DNA of 56,591 nt, filler included, from Nitrospirae bacterium CG2_30_53_67 (lineage in GTDB: Bacteria > CG2-30-53-67): the NCBI GenBank assembly GCA_001873285.1. It is 4 parts of 4 records of this genome, joined end to end, with 100 filler letters (N's around TTAATTAATTAA, not from the genome) between each part and the next. Parts side by side here need not be neighbours in the genome. Positions count along the whole stretch, not along the records: positions 10,704 to 20,926 come from MNYV01000065.1; positions 21,027 to 40,159 come from MNYV01000148.1; 2 more parts are not named here. One strand, written 5' to 3'. Positions 19,319 to 30,681 of the stretch are shown piece by piece; the first letter of the stretch is position 1; each line of letters opens with the position of its first letter. The position numbers were made by a program, and so were the translations under genes. Below the pieces are notes generated by a model, which was not told the origin of the DNA, ran no database searches, and was given only the letters and a program-made list of their open reading frames with translations.

Positions 19319-19372
19319 GTTCAAGCCGTTTAAGCGGTTTGAACTGTTTAAATCTTTTGAACGATTTGAACC
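19319..19372. repeat. Six degenerate 9-bp tandem repeats
   Basis: gttcaagcc gtttaagcg gtttgaact gtttaaatc ttttgaacg atttgaacc. Confidence 0.75.
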
Positions 19373-19391
19373 CGGTGACGCATAGGCGGCA

Positions 19392-20926
19392 ATGATGAGC
19401 GATCCCGAAACCGATGATATGCCAGAGATTCTTTCCGGGGAAGATCCGGACCCCATGGTCCGCAAGGTCTTTCTTCATGTGGCTGAACCCAGCCTTCGGG
19501 ACAACCGGGGAGATGTGGACCGGGTCCTGGATATGCTGGAAAAAACAGCAGGGTGTCCTCGCCCCACTGTTTCTCTTCCCATGGCGCGAAGGATTTCCGA
19601 GACGCTGCATGACTCGGAATTTTCACTGACACTCACACTGACACATGCAAATTTTGGATTTCGGGGCGAGGTGATTGATGTAGAACCGGGCGACCAATCC
19701 GACCGGAACTTCGGCGTGGCCGTGGACCTCGGGTCCACCAACATCGCTTACTATCTCCTGGACCTGGACAAGGGGAAGATCCTTGCACGGAGATCCGATG
19801 AAAACCCTCAGATCAGGCACGGCGAAGACATCCTGAACCGTATCCATTATTGCGAGCGGCCCGGGGGCTTGCAGGACCTTCAGGAGATGGTCATCCGCTC
19901 CTTCAACAACAACATCGAATCCATGCTCAATATGCATGGGATCGACAGGCATCATCTCTACGCCCTTGCCGTGGCCGGGAACACGACCATGATCCATTTT
20001 TTTCTTGGGCTCTCTCCGCAGAAAATCTGCCGGGAGCCCTACACCCCTGTGATCAACCGCACCGAGATCTATCCGGCACAGACGCTTGGGATCACGGGGA
20101 ATGAAAACGCCATGGTCTATGTCCTTCCCAATGTGGGGAGCTACGTGGGCGGGGACGTGCTGGCCGGGATCCTGGTCTCCGGAATGTATGAGGACGAGGA
20201 CCTTTCTATCCTTGTGGATGTGGGGACCAACGCGGAGATCGTGCTCGGGAACCGGCATTGGCTCATGGTGGCCGCAGGCGCGGCAGGGCCGGCCCTCGAA
20301 GGGGGCGTGGTGAAGTGCGGGATGCGGGCTGCGGACGGGGCCATTGAAAAGGTCCGGATCGACCGGAAGACGCTCAAAGCCTCTTATGCCACCATCGGAG
20401 GCGTTCCCCCGCAGGGCATCTGCGGTTCGGGGCTTGTGGACCTCATGGCTGAACTCTTCCTCTGCGGTGTGATCGACGAGCGGGGAAAGATCGTCTCGGA
20501 CGCGTCCTCCGTGGTGGAACTGGATGGTGTCAAGGCCTATCGAATAACTTCAGGGGATGAGACCGGAACGGGTCGAGACATCACCGTGAGTGAACTCGAT
20601 ATCAACAACCTGCTCAGGACCAAAGGGGCCATGTACACGGCCTTGACCGTGATCACCCGGAAGGCAGGGGTATCTTTTAAAGACCTGAAACATTTTTACG
20701 TGGCAGGGACCTTCGGGGCCTATATGGATCCGAAGATGGCCGTGACCATCGGGATGGTGCCGGATATCCCGCTTCAGACGTATGAGCCGCTAAAAAACAG
20801 TGCAGGCACGGGCGCCTGTATCTCCCTTCTTTCCAACAGGAAGCGCCATGAATTGGACGACATCCGGCGGAAGATCACCTATCTGGAGTTGAATGTGGAT
20901 GGGGATTTTATGAATCTCCTGACTGC
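19392..20926 (+). CDS. ASKHA-fold RACo/DUF4445 corrinoid reductive activator-like protein, 3' truncated by contig end
   Basis: GVAVDLGST, NPQ, AGNTTM, DVGTNAE, AGPALEG, GICGSG, AGTFG. Confidence 0.88.
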
Positions 20927-21026
20927 NNNNNNNNNNNNNNNNNNNNNNNNNNNNNNNNNNNNNNNNNNNNTTAATTAATTAANNNNNNNNNNNNNNNNNN
21001 NNNNNNNNNNNNNNNNNNNNNNNNNN
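20927..21026. other. Artificial contig linker
   Basis: N44-TTAATTAATTAA-N44. Confidence 0.98.
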
Positions 21027-21497
21027 GGCTACGTCGGCATCGGGACGACGAGTCCTTCGAGAAAACTCTTTGTATACGGTGATGCAGGAGGAACAAGTGC
21101 GTGGTATAACGACTCGGACCGAGGGCTTAAAAAAGATATTCGAGAAATAGATAACGGCCTTGATCAAGTCCTAAAGTTGAGAGGCGTTTACTTTACCTGG
21201 AATGATACTGAAACGCGTGGGGAAGGAAGGCAAGTTGGGATGATTGCTCAGGAGGTGAAGGAGATTGTACCCGAGGTGGTGCAGAAGAAGGGCGACTACT
21301 ATTCGATAGCTACGGCAAATTTGGTTCCCCTGCTCGTGGAAGCCATCAAAGAACAGCAGAAAGAGATTGACACGCTCAAGGTAAAGCAGGCATCCATGGA
21401 GCAGCAGCAGGCCCTGATTTCGGCGCTGTATGAAAAGGTGAATATGCTGGAAAACCAGATGAAGCTGCAGGGGACCGTGGCGCAGGTGGATTATTGA
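21027..21497 (+). CDS. C-terminus of a fibre-like protein with peptidase S74 intramolecular chaperone domain
   Basis: Open from contig start: GYVGIGTTSP...SDRGLKKDI...LRGVYFTW...GMIAQEV...LLVEAIKEQQ. Confidence 0.88.
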   Translation, partial: GYVGIGTTSPSRKLFVYGDAGGTSAWYNDSDRGLKKDIREIDNGLDQVLKLRGVYFTWNDTETRGEGRQVGMIAQEVKEIVPEVVQKKGDYYSIATANLVPLLVEAIKEQQKEIDTLKVKQASMEQQQALISALYEKVNMLENQMKLQGTVAQVDY

Positions 21498-21543
21498 AAA
21501 AAATGATTTTGCCACTAAGTCTCTAAGATGCGAGTTTTTCCGT

Positions 21544-21578
21544 TTGACAGTTGCATTCCATTTCGTATAACATACGAA
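21544..21578 (+). promoter_or_regulatory. TA promoter with palindromic operator
   Basis: TTGACA-N16-TATAAC; TTCGTAT-AAC-ATACGAA over the -10. Confidence 0.6.
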
Positions 21579-21603
21579 TATATTTTTTTTCTGAGGTGAT
21601 CTT

Positions 21604-21840
21604 ATGAAGAAAGAAGAACTTTTGTCCAGAATCACGATCGATCCAGATGTGTTGGTAGGCAAACCTACCATCAGGGGGCTTCGAATCAGCGTAGAACAGA
21701 TCATCAAGGCTCTTGCTCACAGTATCCCGGTTAAAGAGCTCTTAGAAGAATATCCGGAACTCGAACCTGCGGATATTCAGGCAGCTCTTCTCTATGCAGC
21801 AGAAATCATTTCTGAAGAGCGCGTTTTCGAACTCAAATAA
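21604..21840 (+). CDS. DUF433 antitoxin
   Basis: RITIDPDVLVGKPTIRGLRISVE, YPEL..DIQAALLYA. Confidence 0.92.
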   Translation: MKKEELLSRITIDPDVLVGKPTIRGLRISVEQIIKALAHSIPVKELLEEYPELEPADIQAALLYAAEIISEERVFELK

Positions 21841-21842
21841 AT

Positions 21843-22202
21843 ATGAAAAAAAGCTTGAAGTTTCTCGTAGATGTTGGAGTCGGGAAGAATATAGAGTCTT
21901 GGCTCCGGTCTCAGGAATTTGATGTTCTCGCTGTCAGAGACATCGATCCAAGGATGCGTGATTCAGAAATACTGAAGTTGTCCACTAATGAAAAAAGGGT
22001 TGTGATTACGATGGATAAGGATTTTGGTGAACTTGTTTATCACCATAAACAGAGACACATTGGCGTACTCCTTCTCAGAATGGAGGATGCCGGAAGAGAT
22101 GAAAAGCTTTCTGTTGTACAAAAAGTACTCATCGAGTTTGGCGACTTGCTCGCAGATAGTTTCTGCACTTATCAAAACGGCAAGTTCAGGATAAGGAAAT
22201 AG
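21843..22202 (+). CDS. DUF5615 PIN-like toxin (VapC45-type)
   Basis: KFLVD, RVVITMDKDFGEL, H.GVLLLR; coupled to DUF433. Confidence 0.9.
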   Translation: MKKSLKFLVDVGVGKNIESWLRSQEFDVLAVRDIDPRMRDSEILKLSTNEKRVVITMDKDFGELVYHHKQRHIGVLLLRMEDAGRDEKLSVVQKVLIEFGDLLADSFCTYQNGKFRIRK

Positions 22203-22241
22203 AATTTTTTATGTTTTTTTTGTGACTTTGTGGCAAGATGA

Positions 22242-23111
22242 TTACTGTTTGTAACAAGCTATAATTCCGATCGGCTCCCCCACCCGGACGTGTTGTCCCT
22301 CTTGAACGGTAAGTTCCACCCGGTCCTTTTCAAAGAGGAGGATGACCGTGGAACCCAGTTCGAAGCGCCCCATCTCCTCTCCTCTCCGGAGGGTAATCGC
22401 CGGACGGTACCTCCTCAAGAAAGGGCCTTTGTGAAAGACTTGATTTCTGATCTCGTCGAATGTGATCCGGATCTTTCCCACATTGACGGCCCCGACCATG
22501 ACCATGGCCATCTGCCCCAGACCGGTTTTCATGTGGACTACCAGGCGTTCGTTGATCACGAAAAGGTTTTTGATCCTGTCGAGGGAGTACCGATTCACCG
22601 GAAAGAGCCGGCCGGGGATGTACTGCAATGCCTCGGCCTCTGCATCTGCCGGCACGTGGATCCGGTGGTAATCCGAGGGAGAAAGGTAGAGGGTAACGGA
22701 TGATCCTCCCAGAAAATCGGCGGCGCGTTCAGGGCCGCCGAGCAGGTCCCGGAGGGTGTATGTCCATGCCTTGGCTTGAAGCAGTGTGCCGTTGCTGACG
22801 GGGCCTGAACGGATCACCGTGCCGTCGACTGGAGAGAGAATATGTTTGGGATCCGGGTCTATGGGCCTAACTGATGGTTTCAGTTTCCTGACGAAGAATG
22901 CGTTCAGGGTATGGTATTGCGAGGGAGGGAGCTCAGCCTCTGAGAGATTGACATGGTATAGGGCCGCATAGGCGCGGACCAGAATAAGATTCAGCGGGAA
23001 CGGGAGCGGGATCCTCCCGAACCATCCCGTGATACGGGAGATCAGATGCTTGGGCAAGAGATACAAAAGGCGCAGGAAGAGATGGTCGAGCTTTTTCGCG
23101 TAATACCCCAT
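22242..23111 (-). CDS. psd: Phosphatidylserine decarboxylase
   Basis: FFVRKLK, SPVDG, YLSPSDYHRIH, autocleavage FELGST. Confidence 0.93.
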   Translation of the reverse strand: MGYYAKKLDHLFLRLLYLLPKHLISRITGWFGRIPLPFPLNLILVRAYAALYHVNLSEAELPPSQYHTLNAFFVRKLKPSVRPIDPDPKHILSPVDGTVIRSGPVSNGTLLQAKAWTYTLRDLLGGPERAADFLGGSSVTLYLSPSDYHRIHVPADAEAEALQYIPGRLFPVNRYSLDRIKNLFVINERLVVHMKTGLGQMAMVMVGAVNVGKIRITFDEIRNQVFHKGPFLRRYRPAITLRRGEEMGRFELGSTVILLFEKDRVELTVQEGQHVRVGEPIGIIACYKQ

Positions 23112-23123
23112 GACGGAATCAGG

Positions 23124-23636
23124 TCAGCTCTTTTTTGACTTCTCGGGTTTTTTCTTGTCCTTGCCGGCTTCGGGGGATTCGGCCTTTGGTTTCCGGCTCT
23201 TTCCCTTCTCCATCACCTTTTTCAGAAGGCTTTTTTTCTTCTCGGGTTTTTCAGGTTCTGTTTTTTTCGGCGCTTTCAGCTCTCTGTCCAGATACTCGAT
23301 CACGGCCATCACCGCCCCGTCCCCGGGTCTGGTCCGAGTCCGGAGGATCCGCGTATATCCGCCGTTTCTCTCCTTGAAACGAGGCGCCAGGGAATCGAAA
23401 AGTTTTTTGACCAGGTCCAGGTCCCGAAGGAGATCAAAGGCCCGCCTCCTGGCGGCAAGCGTTCCTTTCTTTCCGACGGTGATCAGTTTTTCGGCAAAAG
23501 GACGAAGCTCCTTGGCCTTAGGGAGGGTGGTTTCAATGGCTTCGTAACGGATCAACGACCCTGCAAGGTTCTTCATCAAGGCGGCCCTGTGGCTCGACGT
23601 CCGGCTCAGGGCTCTTCCTGCTATGTTGTGTCGCAT
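23124..23636 (-). CDS. rplQ: 50S protein L17 with Lys-rich tail
   Basis: [18 protein letters not shown]. Confidence 0.97.
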   Translation of the reverse strand: MRHNIAGRALSRTSSHRAALMKNLAGSLIRYEAIETTLPKAKELRPFAEKLITVGKKGTLAARRRAFDLLRDLDLVKKLFDSLAPRFKERNGGYTRILRTRTRPGDGAVMAVIEYLDRELKAPKKTEPEKPEKKKSLLKKVMEKGKSRKPKAESPEAGKDKKKPEKSKKS

Positions 23637-23677
23637 GGCACTATCCTTTCGGCATCAAAGCGGCGCTGACTTGAGTC

Positions 23678-24700
23678 CTATTTTTCTTTTTCTTTGTCTT
23701 TTTCTTTTTCTTTGTCAGGCTTGGGCTTTAGAAAACTCGGATCGATTTTCATCCCGAGTGAAAGCCCCATCTCGGTCAAAAGCTCTTTGATCTCGTTGAG
23801 CGATTTCCTGCCGAAATTCTTGGTCCGGAGCATCTCGGAATCTGTCTTCTGCACCAGCTCTCCGATGGTCTTAATCTCGGCCTTCTTCAGACAGTTGTAG
23901 GAACGGACCGAGAGTTCCAGTTCCTCTACGCTCTTGAGCAGGCAGCTTCTGAAATTTTCATCTTTCTGGTCCACGACGGGCGTTTCTTCCTCGACCTCCT
24001 CCTCGAAGTTGATGAAAATCGACATGTAGTCCTTCAGGATCTTGGCGGCATAGGCAATGGCGTCGTCCGGCTTGATGGTCCCGTTGGTCCAGACATCGAG
24101 GATCAGCTTATCGTAATCCGTGGCATGACCCACACGGGCATTCTCGACGCTGAAGTTGACCTTCTGGATCGGGCTGTAGACCGCATCCACGGGGATCACC
24201 CCGATGCTCTTGCGCCTTTCCAAATCCTCAGAGGCCGGGACATACCCGCGGCCCAGGCGGATCTCCATCTCCATATCCAGCTCAGCATCCTTCTCGAGTG
24301 TAGCGATATGATGCTCCGGATTGATGATCTCAATCTCCGCATCGGTAGCGATATCTCCGGCCTTGACCTCCTTCTTCCCTTTGACCTTGAGACGGATCAG
24401 CTTGGGCTTGTCGGTATGCATCCTGAAATAGACCCCCTTGAGGTTCAGGATGATTTCCGAGACATCTTCCAGCACACCGGGAATGGTGGAATACTCGTGC
24501 ATCACCTTTTCGATTTTGACGGATGTGATGGCCGCTCCCTCGATGGAAGCAAGGAGGATCCTCCTGAGGGAGTTCCCGATCGTGGTGCCGAATCCCCGTT
24601 CAAAGGGCTGGGCGTAGAACCTCCCGTATGTATCCGTCAAGATCTCGGATTCATAATTTAAATGCTTGGGTTTCTGAAAACCTTTCAATAACATTGCCAT
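23678..24700 (-). CDS. rpoA: RNA polymerase alpha subunit
   Basis: [30 protein letters not shown]; start moved to ATG 24700. Confidence 0.97.
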   Translation of the reverse strand: MAMLLKGFQKPKHLNYESEILTDTYGRFYAQPFERGFGTTIGNSLRRILLASIEGAAITSVKIEKVMHEYSTIPGVLEDVSEIILNLKGVYFRMHTDKPKLIRLKVKGKKEVKAGDIATDAEIEIINPEHHIATLEKDAELDMEMEIRLGRGYVPASEDLERRKSIGVIPVDAVYSPIQKVNFSVENARVGHATDYDKLILDVWTNGTIKPDDAIAYAAKILKDYMSIFINFEEEVEEETPVVDQKDENFRSCLLKSVEELELSVRSYNCLKKAEIKTIGELVQKTDSEMLRTKNFGRKSLNEIKELLTEMGLSLGMKIDPSFLKPKPDKEKEKDKEKEK

Positions 24701-24749
24701 AGAAAAGCCCCCTTCATGGGTGAGAATGCCTTTTGGAACAAGAATCATC

Positions 24750-25376
24750 TTACTTGGAATAGAGTTCCACAATAAGCTGCTCCCGGACAGGAAGAGCGAT
24801 CTCTTCCCTGGCAGGAAGGTACTTGACCGACGCCTTCATCTCGGATTTGTTTACCTCCAGCCATGCAGGGACCCCCCGCCGATCCACGGCTGAAAAACTC
24901 GCCTGAATCGTTTGGATTTTCATGCTCTTTGGCCGGACCGAGATCTCCTCTCCGGGCCGTACCATGAAAGAGGGAATATTGACCTTCTTCCCGTTGACCT
25001 GAAAATGTCCATGCCGGATGAGGTGTCTCGACTCGGTCCTTGAATCCGCGAAACAAAGCCTGTATATGACATTATCCAGTCTGGCCTCGAGAAGGCGCAG
25101 CAGGTTGTCTCCGGTGATCCCCTTCTTCCGGTCCGCTTCTTTGAAATAGGAACGAAATTGATTCTCCATGACCCCGTAAATACGGCGGACCTTCTGTTTT
25201 TCCCTCAACTGCATCCCGTATTCTGAGAGCTTTTTGGGGCGCTGCCCATGCTGTCCCGGGGCGTAGGTTCGGCGTTCCACGCTGCATTTCTCCTTGAAAC
25301 AGCGTTCGCCTTTTAAAAAAAGCTTTTCCCCTTCCCTGCGGCAGAGCCGGCAGACCGGACCAATATATCTTGCCAA
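24750..25376 (-). CDS. rpsD: 30S protein S4 (Zn-ribbon form)
   Basis: TTG start after [26 protein letters not shown]. Confidence 0.97.
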   Translation of the reverse strand: MARYIGPVCRLCRREGEKLFLKGERCFKEKCSVERRTYAPGQHGQRPKKLSEYGMQLREKQKVRRIYGVMENQFRSYFKEADRKKGITGDNLLRLLEARLDNVIYRLCFADSRTESRHLIRHGHFQVNGKKVNIPSFMVRPGEEISVRPKSMKIQTIQASFSAVDRRGVPAWLEVNKSEMKASVKYLPAREEIALPVREQLIVELYSK

Positions 25377-25395
25377 TGAACACCTCCTGAAATAG

Positions 25396-25548
25396 CGGCT
25401 TCGTAAAAAGTCATATTGTCCCCTCCCCTGGCGGGAGGGGACAAAGGGGAGGGGGATGATAATGGATTGCAATATAAATACTTGTCACCCTCACCCTAAC
25501 CCTCTCCCATCAAGGGAGAGGGAGTTTTTGGACTTTTTACGAATCCAT
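25396..25548. mobile_element. Family D MITE carrying REP-like hairpin pair
   Basis: CGGCTTCGTAAAAAGTC ... GACTTTTTACGAATCC around CCCCTCCC-CTGGC-GGGAGGGG and CCCTCTCCC-ATCAA-GGGAGAGGG. Confidence 0.8.
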
Positions 25549-25631
25549 TAAGTATCGTATGCTCTCAAAATAAATTTAACCTTGCTCTTGTTCTCTTCTG
25601 TCTTCTATTTCCTATTTTCCATTTCCTGTTT

Positions 25632-26030
25632 TCAGACTCTCCGCCGTTTCGGAGGTCTGCACCCATTGTGAGGAATCGGGGTGACGTCCTTGATCAGCGT
25701 GATGTCAAGGCCCGATGCCTGAAGGGACCGGATGGCGGATTCCCGGCCTATGCCGGGGCCCTTGACCAGGACCTCCACCTTGCGGACACCATGCTCCATG
25801 GCTTTTTTGGCCGCATTCTCAGCGGCGACCTGAGCGGCAAAGGGTGTGCTTTTGCGGCTCCCTTTGAAACCCTGCCCGCCGGCTGTGGACCAGGCAATCA
25901 CGTCTCCGCCCACATCCGTAATGGTGACGATGGTATTGTTGAATGTCGCCTTGATGTGGGCCACCGCGTTCTGGACGTTCTTCTTCTCCTTCTTCTTGTG
26001 GACCGGGGTTTTCTTTTTCGTCTCTTCCAT
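25632..26030 (-). CDS. rpsK: 30S protein S11
   Basis: [32 protein letters not shown]; start ATG 26030. Confidence 0.97.
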   Translation of the reverse strand: MEETKKKTPVHKKKEKKNVQNAVAHIKATFNNTIVTITDVGGDVIAWSTAGGQGFKGSRKSTPFAAQVAAENAAKKAMEHGVRKVEVLVKGPGIGRESAIRSLQASGLDITLIKDVTPIPHNGCRPPKRRRV

Positions 26031-26124
26031 GATGCCTCCTGACACGGCTTGCCGGCCGTATCCTACCACGATGCCTTTGACCGGCTATACCCAAAATCGG
26101 CCATGGGCCGGCGCAGTCTCGTCC

Positions 26125-26511
26125 CTACTTGGTCTTCAATACCTTTTTAGTCTTGACGGCAACACCGCGTCTCGGTCCTTTGCGCGTCCTTGCATTCGTA
26201 TGCGTCCTCTGGCCCCTGACCGGAAGTCCCCGTCTGTGCCTGATGCCCCGGTAAACCCCGAGATCCATCAGCCGTTTGATGCTCATGGAGACCTCTTTTC
26301 TAAGATCCCCTTCGATACGATAGTCCGATACGATCACATCCCGGATCTTACCGATCTGCTCGCTGGTCAGGTCTTTGATCCGGGTGTTCTCATCTACATC
26401 TGACTTTTTCAGGATCTCCTTGGAGCGGGATCGGCCGATACCATAAATATACGTCAGACCGATTTCCACGCGTTTGTTATTCGGTACGTCCACCCCTGCT
26501 ATTCTTGCCAA
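26125..26511 (-). CDS. rpsM: 30S protein S13
   Basis: [23 protein letters not shown]. Confidence 0.97.
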   Translation of the reverse strand: MARIAGVDVPNNKRVEIGLTYIYGIGRSRSKEILKKSDVDENTRIKDLTSEQIGKIRDVIVSDYRIEGDLRKEVSMSIKRLMDLGVYRGIRHRRGLPVRGQRTHTNARTRKGPRRGVAVKTKKVLKTK

Positions 26512-26574
26512 AGTCTATCTCCTTTATGCATGCCTGCCTGCGCCCCCGCCGGCAGTCCTTCCGGCAGGGGAAGG

Positions 26575-26688
26575 TTATCCCTGCCTCTGTTTGTGCTTGG
26601 GATTGACACAAATCACACGGACCACATTCTTCCTTCTGATGATCTTGCATTTCTCACACAATTTTTTTACCGAAGCCCTGACCTTCAT
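26575..26688 (-). CDS. rpmJ: 50S protein L36 (Zn-binding form)
   Basis: Below ORF-track cutoff; [37 protein letters not shown]. Confidence 0.97.
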   Translation of the reverse strand: MKVRASVKKLCEKCKIIRRKNVVRVICVNPKHKQRQG

Positions 26689-26721
26689 GTTTTTACTTCC
26701 TTTCCCGTATTCCGGACCTTA

Positions 26722-26883
26722 GTGGCACTATTCGTAAATACGGTGGCATTCGAGTACCGTATGGCGGCCGGGTCAAAGTTGCGCTCCTTGCGGTGTACCG
26801 GAGGGGTACGCCTCAGCCGCACGCCTTGATGAGACCACCCTACGACCCTCTCGGTACGTCACCATATTTACGAACAGGGCCAC
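26722..26883 (-). mobile_element. Family C ~162-bp MITE
   Basis: ~23-bp TIRs GTGG...CCAC, TTA on both flanks; four copies in window. Confidence 0.9.
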
Positions 26884-26942
26884 TTAGACTCTATTGACGA
26901 GAGCCGCCCCAACCGTTAGAGAAGTTGGTTCTCCAACGGGTC

Positions 26943-27161
26943 TTACTTGTGCCGGTAGGTAATCCTCCCTCTCGTCAGGTCATAAGGGGACAGCTCGATC
27001 TTAACCTTGTCACCGGGAAGGATCTTGATGTAATGAAGGCGCATCTTCCCGGAGATGTGGGCCAGGACCTTGTGCCCGTTTTCCAGCTCGACTCTAAACA
27101 TGGCGTTCGGAAGCGGCTCCAGGACCGTCCCTTCAACTTCTATCGCATTTTCCTTGGCCAT
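26943..27161 (-). CDS. infA: Translation initiation factor IF-1
   Basis: [29 protein letters not shown]. Confidence 0.97.
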   Translation of the reverse strand: MAKENAIEVEGTVLEPLPNAMFRVELENGHKVLAHISGKMRLHYIKILPGDKVKIELSPYDLTRGRITYRHK

Positions 27162-27178
27162 ATTTCCTTTATATTCCG

Positions 27179-27931
27179 TCAGGCCGCCTGGCTCAGAATC
27201 CTCGGCCCCTGATTCAAGACGGCAATGGAATGTTCAAAATGAGCCGAAAGGCTCCGGTCCGATGTCACCGTGGTCCAGTTGTCCTCCAAAATCGTCACAT
27301 CCCAATGTCCCATATTCACCATCGGCTCGATGGCCAGGACCATCCCCTCTTTCAATCTCGGTCCCCTGTTGGGGAACCCGAAATTCGGGATCTGGGGTTC
27401 TTCGTGCAGGCTGCGCCCGATCCCATGGCCCACAAAGGCCCTGACCACGGAATAGGAATGACTCTCAACATATTCCTGAATGACGCTGGATATATCAAAG
27501 AGCCGATTCTTGACCGTGGCCTTTTGAATCCCCCGGCACAGGGCCTCCTCGGTCACCCGCATCAAACGGGCCGCATCCTCGGAAACGGCGCCGACCGGGT
27601 AGGTCCGCGCTGAATCACCGTAGTATCCGTCTAAAACCACCCCGACGTCTATACTGATCAGATCCCCTTCCTTGAGAACCTGTTTTTTTGAAGGGATCCC
27701 ATGGACCACAACCTCATTGACCGAAGTGCACAGAGTCGCCGGATACCCTTTGTATCCTTTGAATGCCGGCTTAGCCCCGTTCTTCCCGATGAATTCTTCC
27801 GCAATACGGTCCATCTCCAAGGTGGTCATCCCGGGCCGGGCCCATTCCCTCAACATCTCCAATAGATGGGCCACGATCTGGTTGGCCTCGTACAGCTTCT
27901 CCACCTCATCGGGATGCTTGAGAATGATCAT
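27179..27931 (-). CDS. map: Type I methionine aminopeptidase
   Basis: [32 protein letters not shown]. Confidence 0.96.
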   Translation of the reverse strand: MIILKHPDEVEKLYEANQIVAHLLEMLREWARPGMTTLEMDRIAEEFIGKNGAKPAFKGYKGYPATLCTSVNEVVVHGIPSKKQVLKEGDLISIDVGVVLDGYYGDSARTYPVGAVSEDAARLMRVTEEALCRGIQKATVKNRLFDISSVIQEYVESHSYSVVRAFVGHGIGRSLHEEPQIPNFGFPNRGPRLKEGMVLAIEPMVNMGHWDVTILEDNWTTVTSDRSLSAHFEHSIAVLNQGPRILSQAA

Positions 27932-28578
27932 CCCTGCTTCTCAATCACCGCGCGGATCCGGCCGAAGATATCCTCAATCCCTCCGGTCCCATGGATCTCC
28001 ACCAGAACGCCGTCCTTCCTGTAGTACTGAATCAGGGGTTCGGTCTGCTTGTTGTAGACGTTAAGACGGTTCTTGATGGTCTCTTCCTTGTCATCGTCCC
28101 GCTGGAACAAGGACCCGCCGCATTGGTCGCAGATTCCATCCTTGGCGGGTTTTTTGAAAAATACATGGAACCCGGCGCCGCATTCCTTGCACGTTCTCCG
28201 GCCGGTCAACCTTTTGATCAGCTCCGGATTGGGGACCACGATCGACAAGACATAGTCAATGGACTGTCCCATATTCTTCAGGGCCTTTTTGAGCTCATCG
28301 GCCTGGGGGACGGTCCTCGGAAATCCGTCGAGGACGTACCCCTTGGCGCAATCGCTGCTCTTAAGCCTCTCACGGATAATCCCCACCACGATGTGGTCAG
28401 GCGCCAGCGCCCCTTTGTCCATGTAGGACTTTGCCTCTTTGCCCAGGGAGGTCTTGTTCTTCACGGCCTCTCGGAGAATGTCGCCGGTTGATATCTGTGG
28501 TATGCCGTATTTTTCAACCAGCTTCTTGGCCTGCGTACCCTTCCCTGCCCCCGGAGGCCCTAAAAGTATCATTCGCAT
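27928..28578 (-). CDS. adk: Adenylate kinase
   Basis: [17 protein letters not shown], Zn LID CxxC...CxxC. Confidence 0.97.
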   Translation of the reverse strand: MRMILLGPPGAGKGTQAKKLVEKYGIPQISTGDILREAVKNKTSLGKEAKSYMDKGALAPDHIVVGIIRERLKSSDCAKGYVLDGFPRTVPQADELKKALKNMGQSIDYVLSIVVPNPELIKRLTGRRTCKECGAGFHVFFKKPAKDGICDQCGGSLFQRDDDKEETIKNRLNVYNKQTEPLIQYYRKDGVLVEIHGTGGIEDIFGRIRAVIEKQG

Positions 28579-28642
28579 TTTCTGTGCCCTTCCTTTCTCT
28601 TGTTTCTTATTTTCGGCTCCCTCTCTTCATTCACGTTTGAAG

Positions 28643-29956
28643 TCAGCGCCCGCTCCGTCCATGAATCCTCCCCTTCTTCAAAAAGCCGTCATATTGGCGC
28701 TGCAGAAGATGGGATTCGATCTGTCTCAAGGTATCGAGCGCCACACCCACAACAATGAGAAGGGACGTCCCCCCGAAGTAGAAGGGGATGTTCAGCTCCT
28801 GGATCAAAAACATCGGAAGCACACAGACCGCCGAAAGATAAAGGGCCCCGACAAAGGTGATCCTGCTCAGGACTTTGTCAAGGTAGTCCGATGTATTCTT
28901 CCCAGGCCGGAGTCCCGGGATAAACCCCCCCTGCTTCTTCATGTTTTCGGCCACGTCCACGGGATTGAACATCACCGCCGTATAAAAAAAAGTAAAAAAA
29001 ATGATAAATCCTACATAGAGGATCATATAAACCAGACTCCCCGGGCTCAGACTCCCGGCCACCGCCTGCATCCAGGGATGATGAATCACCTGGGCGATGG
29101 TCGCCGGGAAGAGGATGATCGAAGAGGCGAAGATCGGCGGGATCACGCCCGCGGTATTGATCTTCAACGGGATATGGGTATCCGTGCCGCCATAGGCCTT
29201 GCGGCCGACCACCCGCCGCGCATACTGGACCGGCACCTTTCTATGCCCCTGTTCCATAAAGATGATGGCCCCTGTCACCAAAACGATCAGCAGCAGGATG
29301 ACCAGAACCACATAAGGCTGCATGATCCCTCCCCGGACCAAGGTCGCGGTTTGGGCCGCGGCAGAGGGCATGGCCGCCACAATCCCTGCAAAGATGATCA
29401 GGGAGATCCCGTTCCCGATCCCCTTCTCGGTGATCTGTTCACCGAGCCACATGATGAAGGCCGTTCCCGCCACCAGGGTGATCACGGTGAAGATCAGGTA
29501 TCCGGGTCCGGGGTGGATCACGATGGGGGCGCCGCCCGGACTCGTGGTGCTCTGAAGGCCGACGGCAATGCCGGCGCCCTGTATGATGCTGAGAAGGATC
29601 GTTCCATACCGGGTGTACTGCGTGATCTTTTTCCGTCCCGCCGCCCCTTCCTTGGCCAACTGCTCAAGACTCGGCACCACCGATGTCAGGAGCTGCAGGA
29701 TGATCGAGGCGCTGATGTACGGCATGATCCCCAAGGCAAAGACCGTCATACGGCTCAGCGCCCCGCCGGAGAACATGCTCACGAATCCGAGAATTCCCCC
29801 CTCCTGAGACTGGAAGAACTCGGAGAGGGCCTTTGAATCTATTCCCGGGATCGGGACATGACACCCTACCCTGTAAATCGCCAGAAACCCGAGTGTGAAA
29901 AGGATCCTTCTCTTTAATTCAGGAACCTTGAAAATGTTCTGCAGGCTCTCTAACAA
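28643..29956 (-). CDS. secY: Preprotein translocase SecY
   Basis: [38 protein letters not shown] start at 29956. Confidence 0.97.
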   Translation of the reverse strand: MLESLQNIFKVPELKRRILFTLGFLAIYRVGCHVPIPGIDSKALSEFFQSQEGGILGFVSMFSGGALSRMTVFALGIMPYISASIILQLLTSVVPSLEQLAKEGAAGRKKITQYTRYGTILLSIIQGAGIAVGLQSTTSPGGAPIVIHPGPGYLIFTVITLVAGTAFIMWLGEQITEKGIGNGISLIIFAGIVAAMPSAAAQTATLVRGGIMQPYVVLVILLLIVLVTGAIIFMEQGHRKVPVQYARRVVGRKAYGGTDTHIPLKINTAGVIPPIFASSIILFPATIAQVIHHPWMQAVAGSLSPGSLVYMILYVGFIIFFTFFYTAVMFNPVDVAENMKKQGGFIPGLRPGKNTSDYLDKVLSRITFVGALYLSAVCVLPMFLIQELNIPFYFGGTSLLIVVGVALDTLRQIESHLLQRQYDGFLKKGRIHGRSGR

Positions 29957-29981
29957 CCGGATCTCCGATATAATAAATTGT

Positions 29982-30224
29982 GGTTCTTCTCCCATTTAGT
30001 GGGTAAAAAGGGTTCGAGGGTTGAAGATCCATAGGGTTCCAGGGGTCGAGGGGTCAAGGGTTCAAGTGAGATACTGAAACGCAAGCAAAATTTTCAGAGA
30101 TAAATACTGGAACCCTTGACCCCTAGGACCCTCGGCCCCTTATGTTTTTAGCACTTCACTTGACCCCTGGAATCCTTGACCCCTTGACCCCTGATGTCTT
30201 CACCCACTCTTTTGGAGATGAACC
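29982..30224. mobile_element. Family A MITE without nested insert
   Basis: GGTTCTTCTCCCATTTAGTGGGT ... CACCCACTCTTTTGGAGATGAACC with octamer arrays; abuts the rplO stop codon. Confidence 0.9.
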
Positions 30225-30668
30225 TTATTTTATGATCTCGGCCGTTCCGCCGGCTGCACGGATCTTCTCGGCCGCCTTTTTGCTGAATTTGTGCGCCTTC
30301 ACCACCATGGGACGATGGAGCTCACCGGCGCCGAGAATCTTCAGCCCGGCACGCATTTGTTTGACCACCCCTTTATCGCGCAGGATCTCAGGATCCACTT
30401 GATCCGTTCCTTCGAGGAGATCCAGCCGGGAAAGGTTCAGGATGGTATATTCCTTGCGGAAGATGTTGGTGAACCCCCGCTTGGGGAGCCTCCTCTGCAA
30501 TGGCATCTGCCCTCCCTCGAAGCCGGCCTTTTTACTGCCGCCTGAACGGGCGTTCTGTCCCTTGTGCCCTCGGGTCGATGTCCCGCCATGCCCGGAGGCG
30601 TTCCCTCTGCCGATCCTTTTGCGCTTCTTGGTGGACCCCTTCGGGGGCTTTAAATCATGTAATCTCAT
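30225..30668 (-). CDS. rplO: 50S protein L15
   Basis: [20 protein letters not shown]. Confidence 0.97.
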   Translation of the reverse strand: MRLHDLKPPKGSTKKRKRIGRGNASGHGGTSTRGHKGQNARSGGSKKAGFEGGQMPLQRRLPKRGFTNIFRKEYTILNLSRLDLLEGTDQVDPEILRDKGVVKQMRAGLKILGAGELHRPMVVKAHKFSKKAAEKIRAAGGTAEIIK

Positions 30669-30681
30669 CTTCCATCCTTAC

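Noticed and set aside
24701..29995. N-terminal extensions on rpoA, rpsD, rpsK, secY (and rpmD, rplN) in the ORF track
   Set aside because: Artifacts of longest-ORF calling; better starts with SD sequences lie downstream
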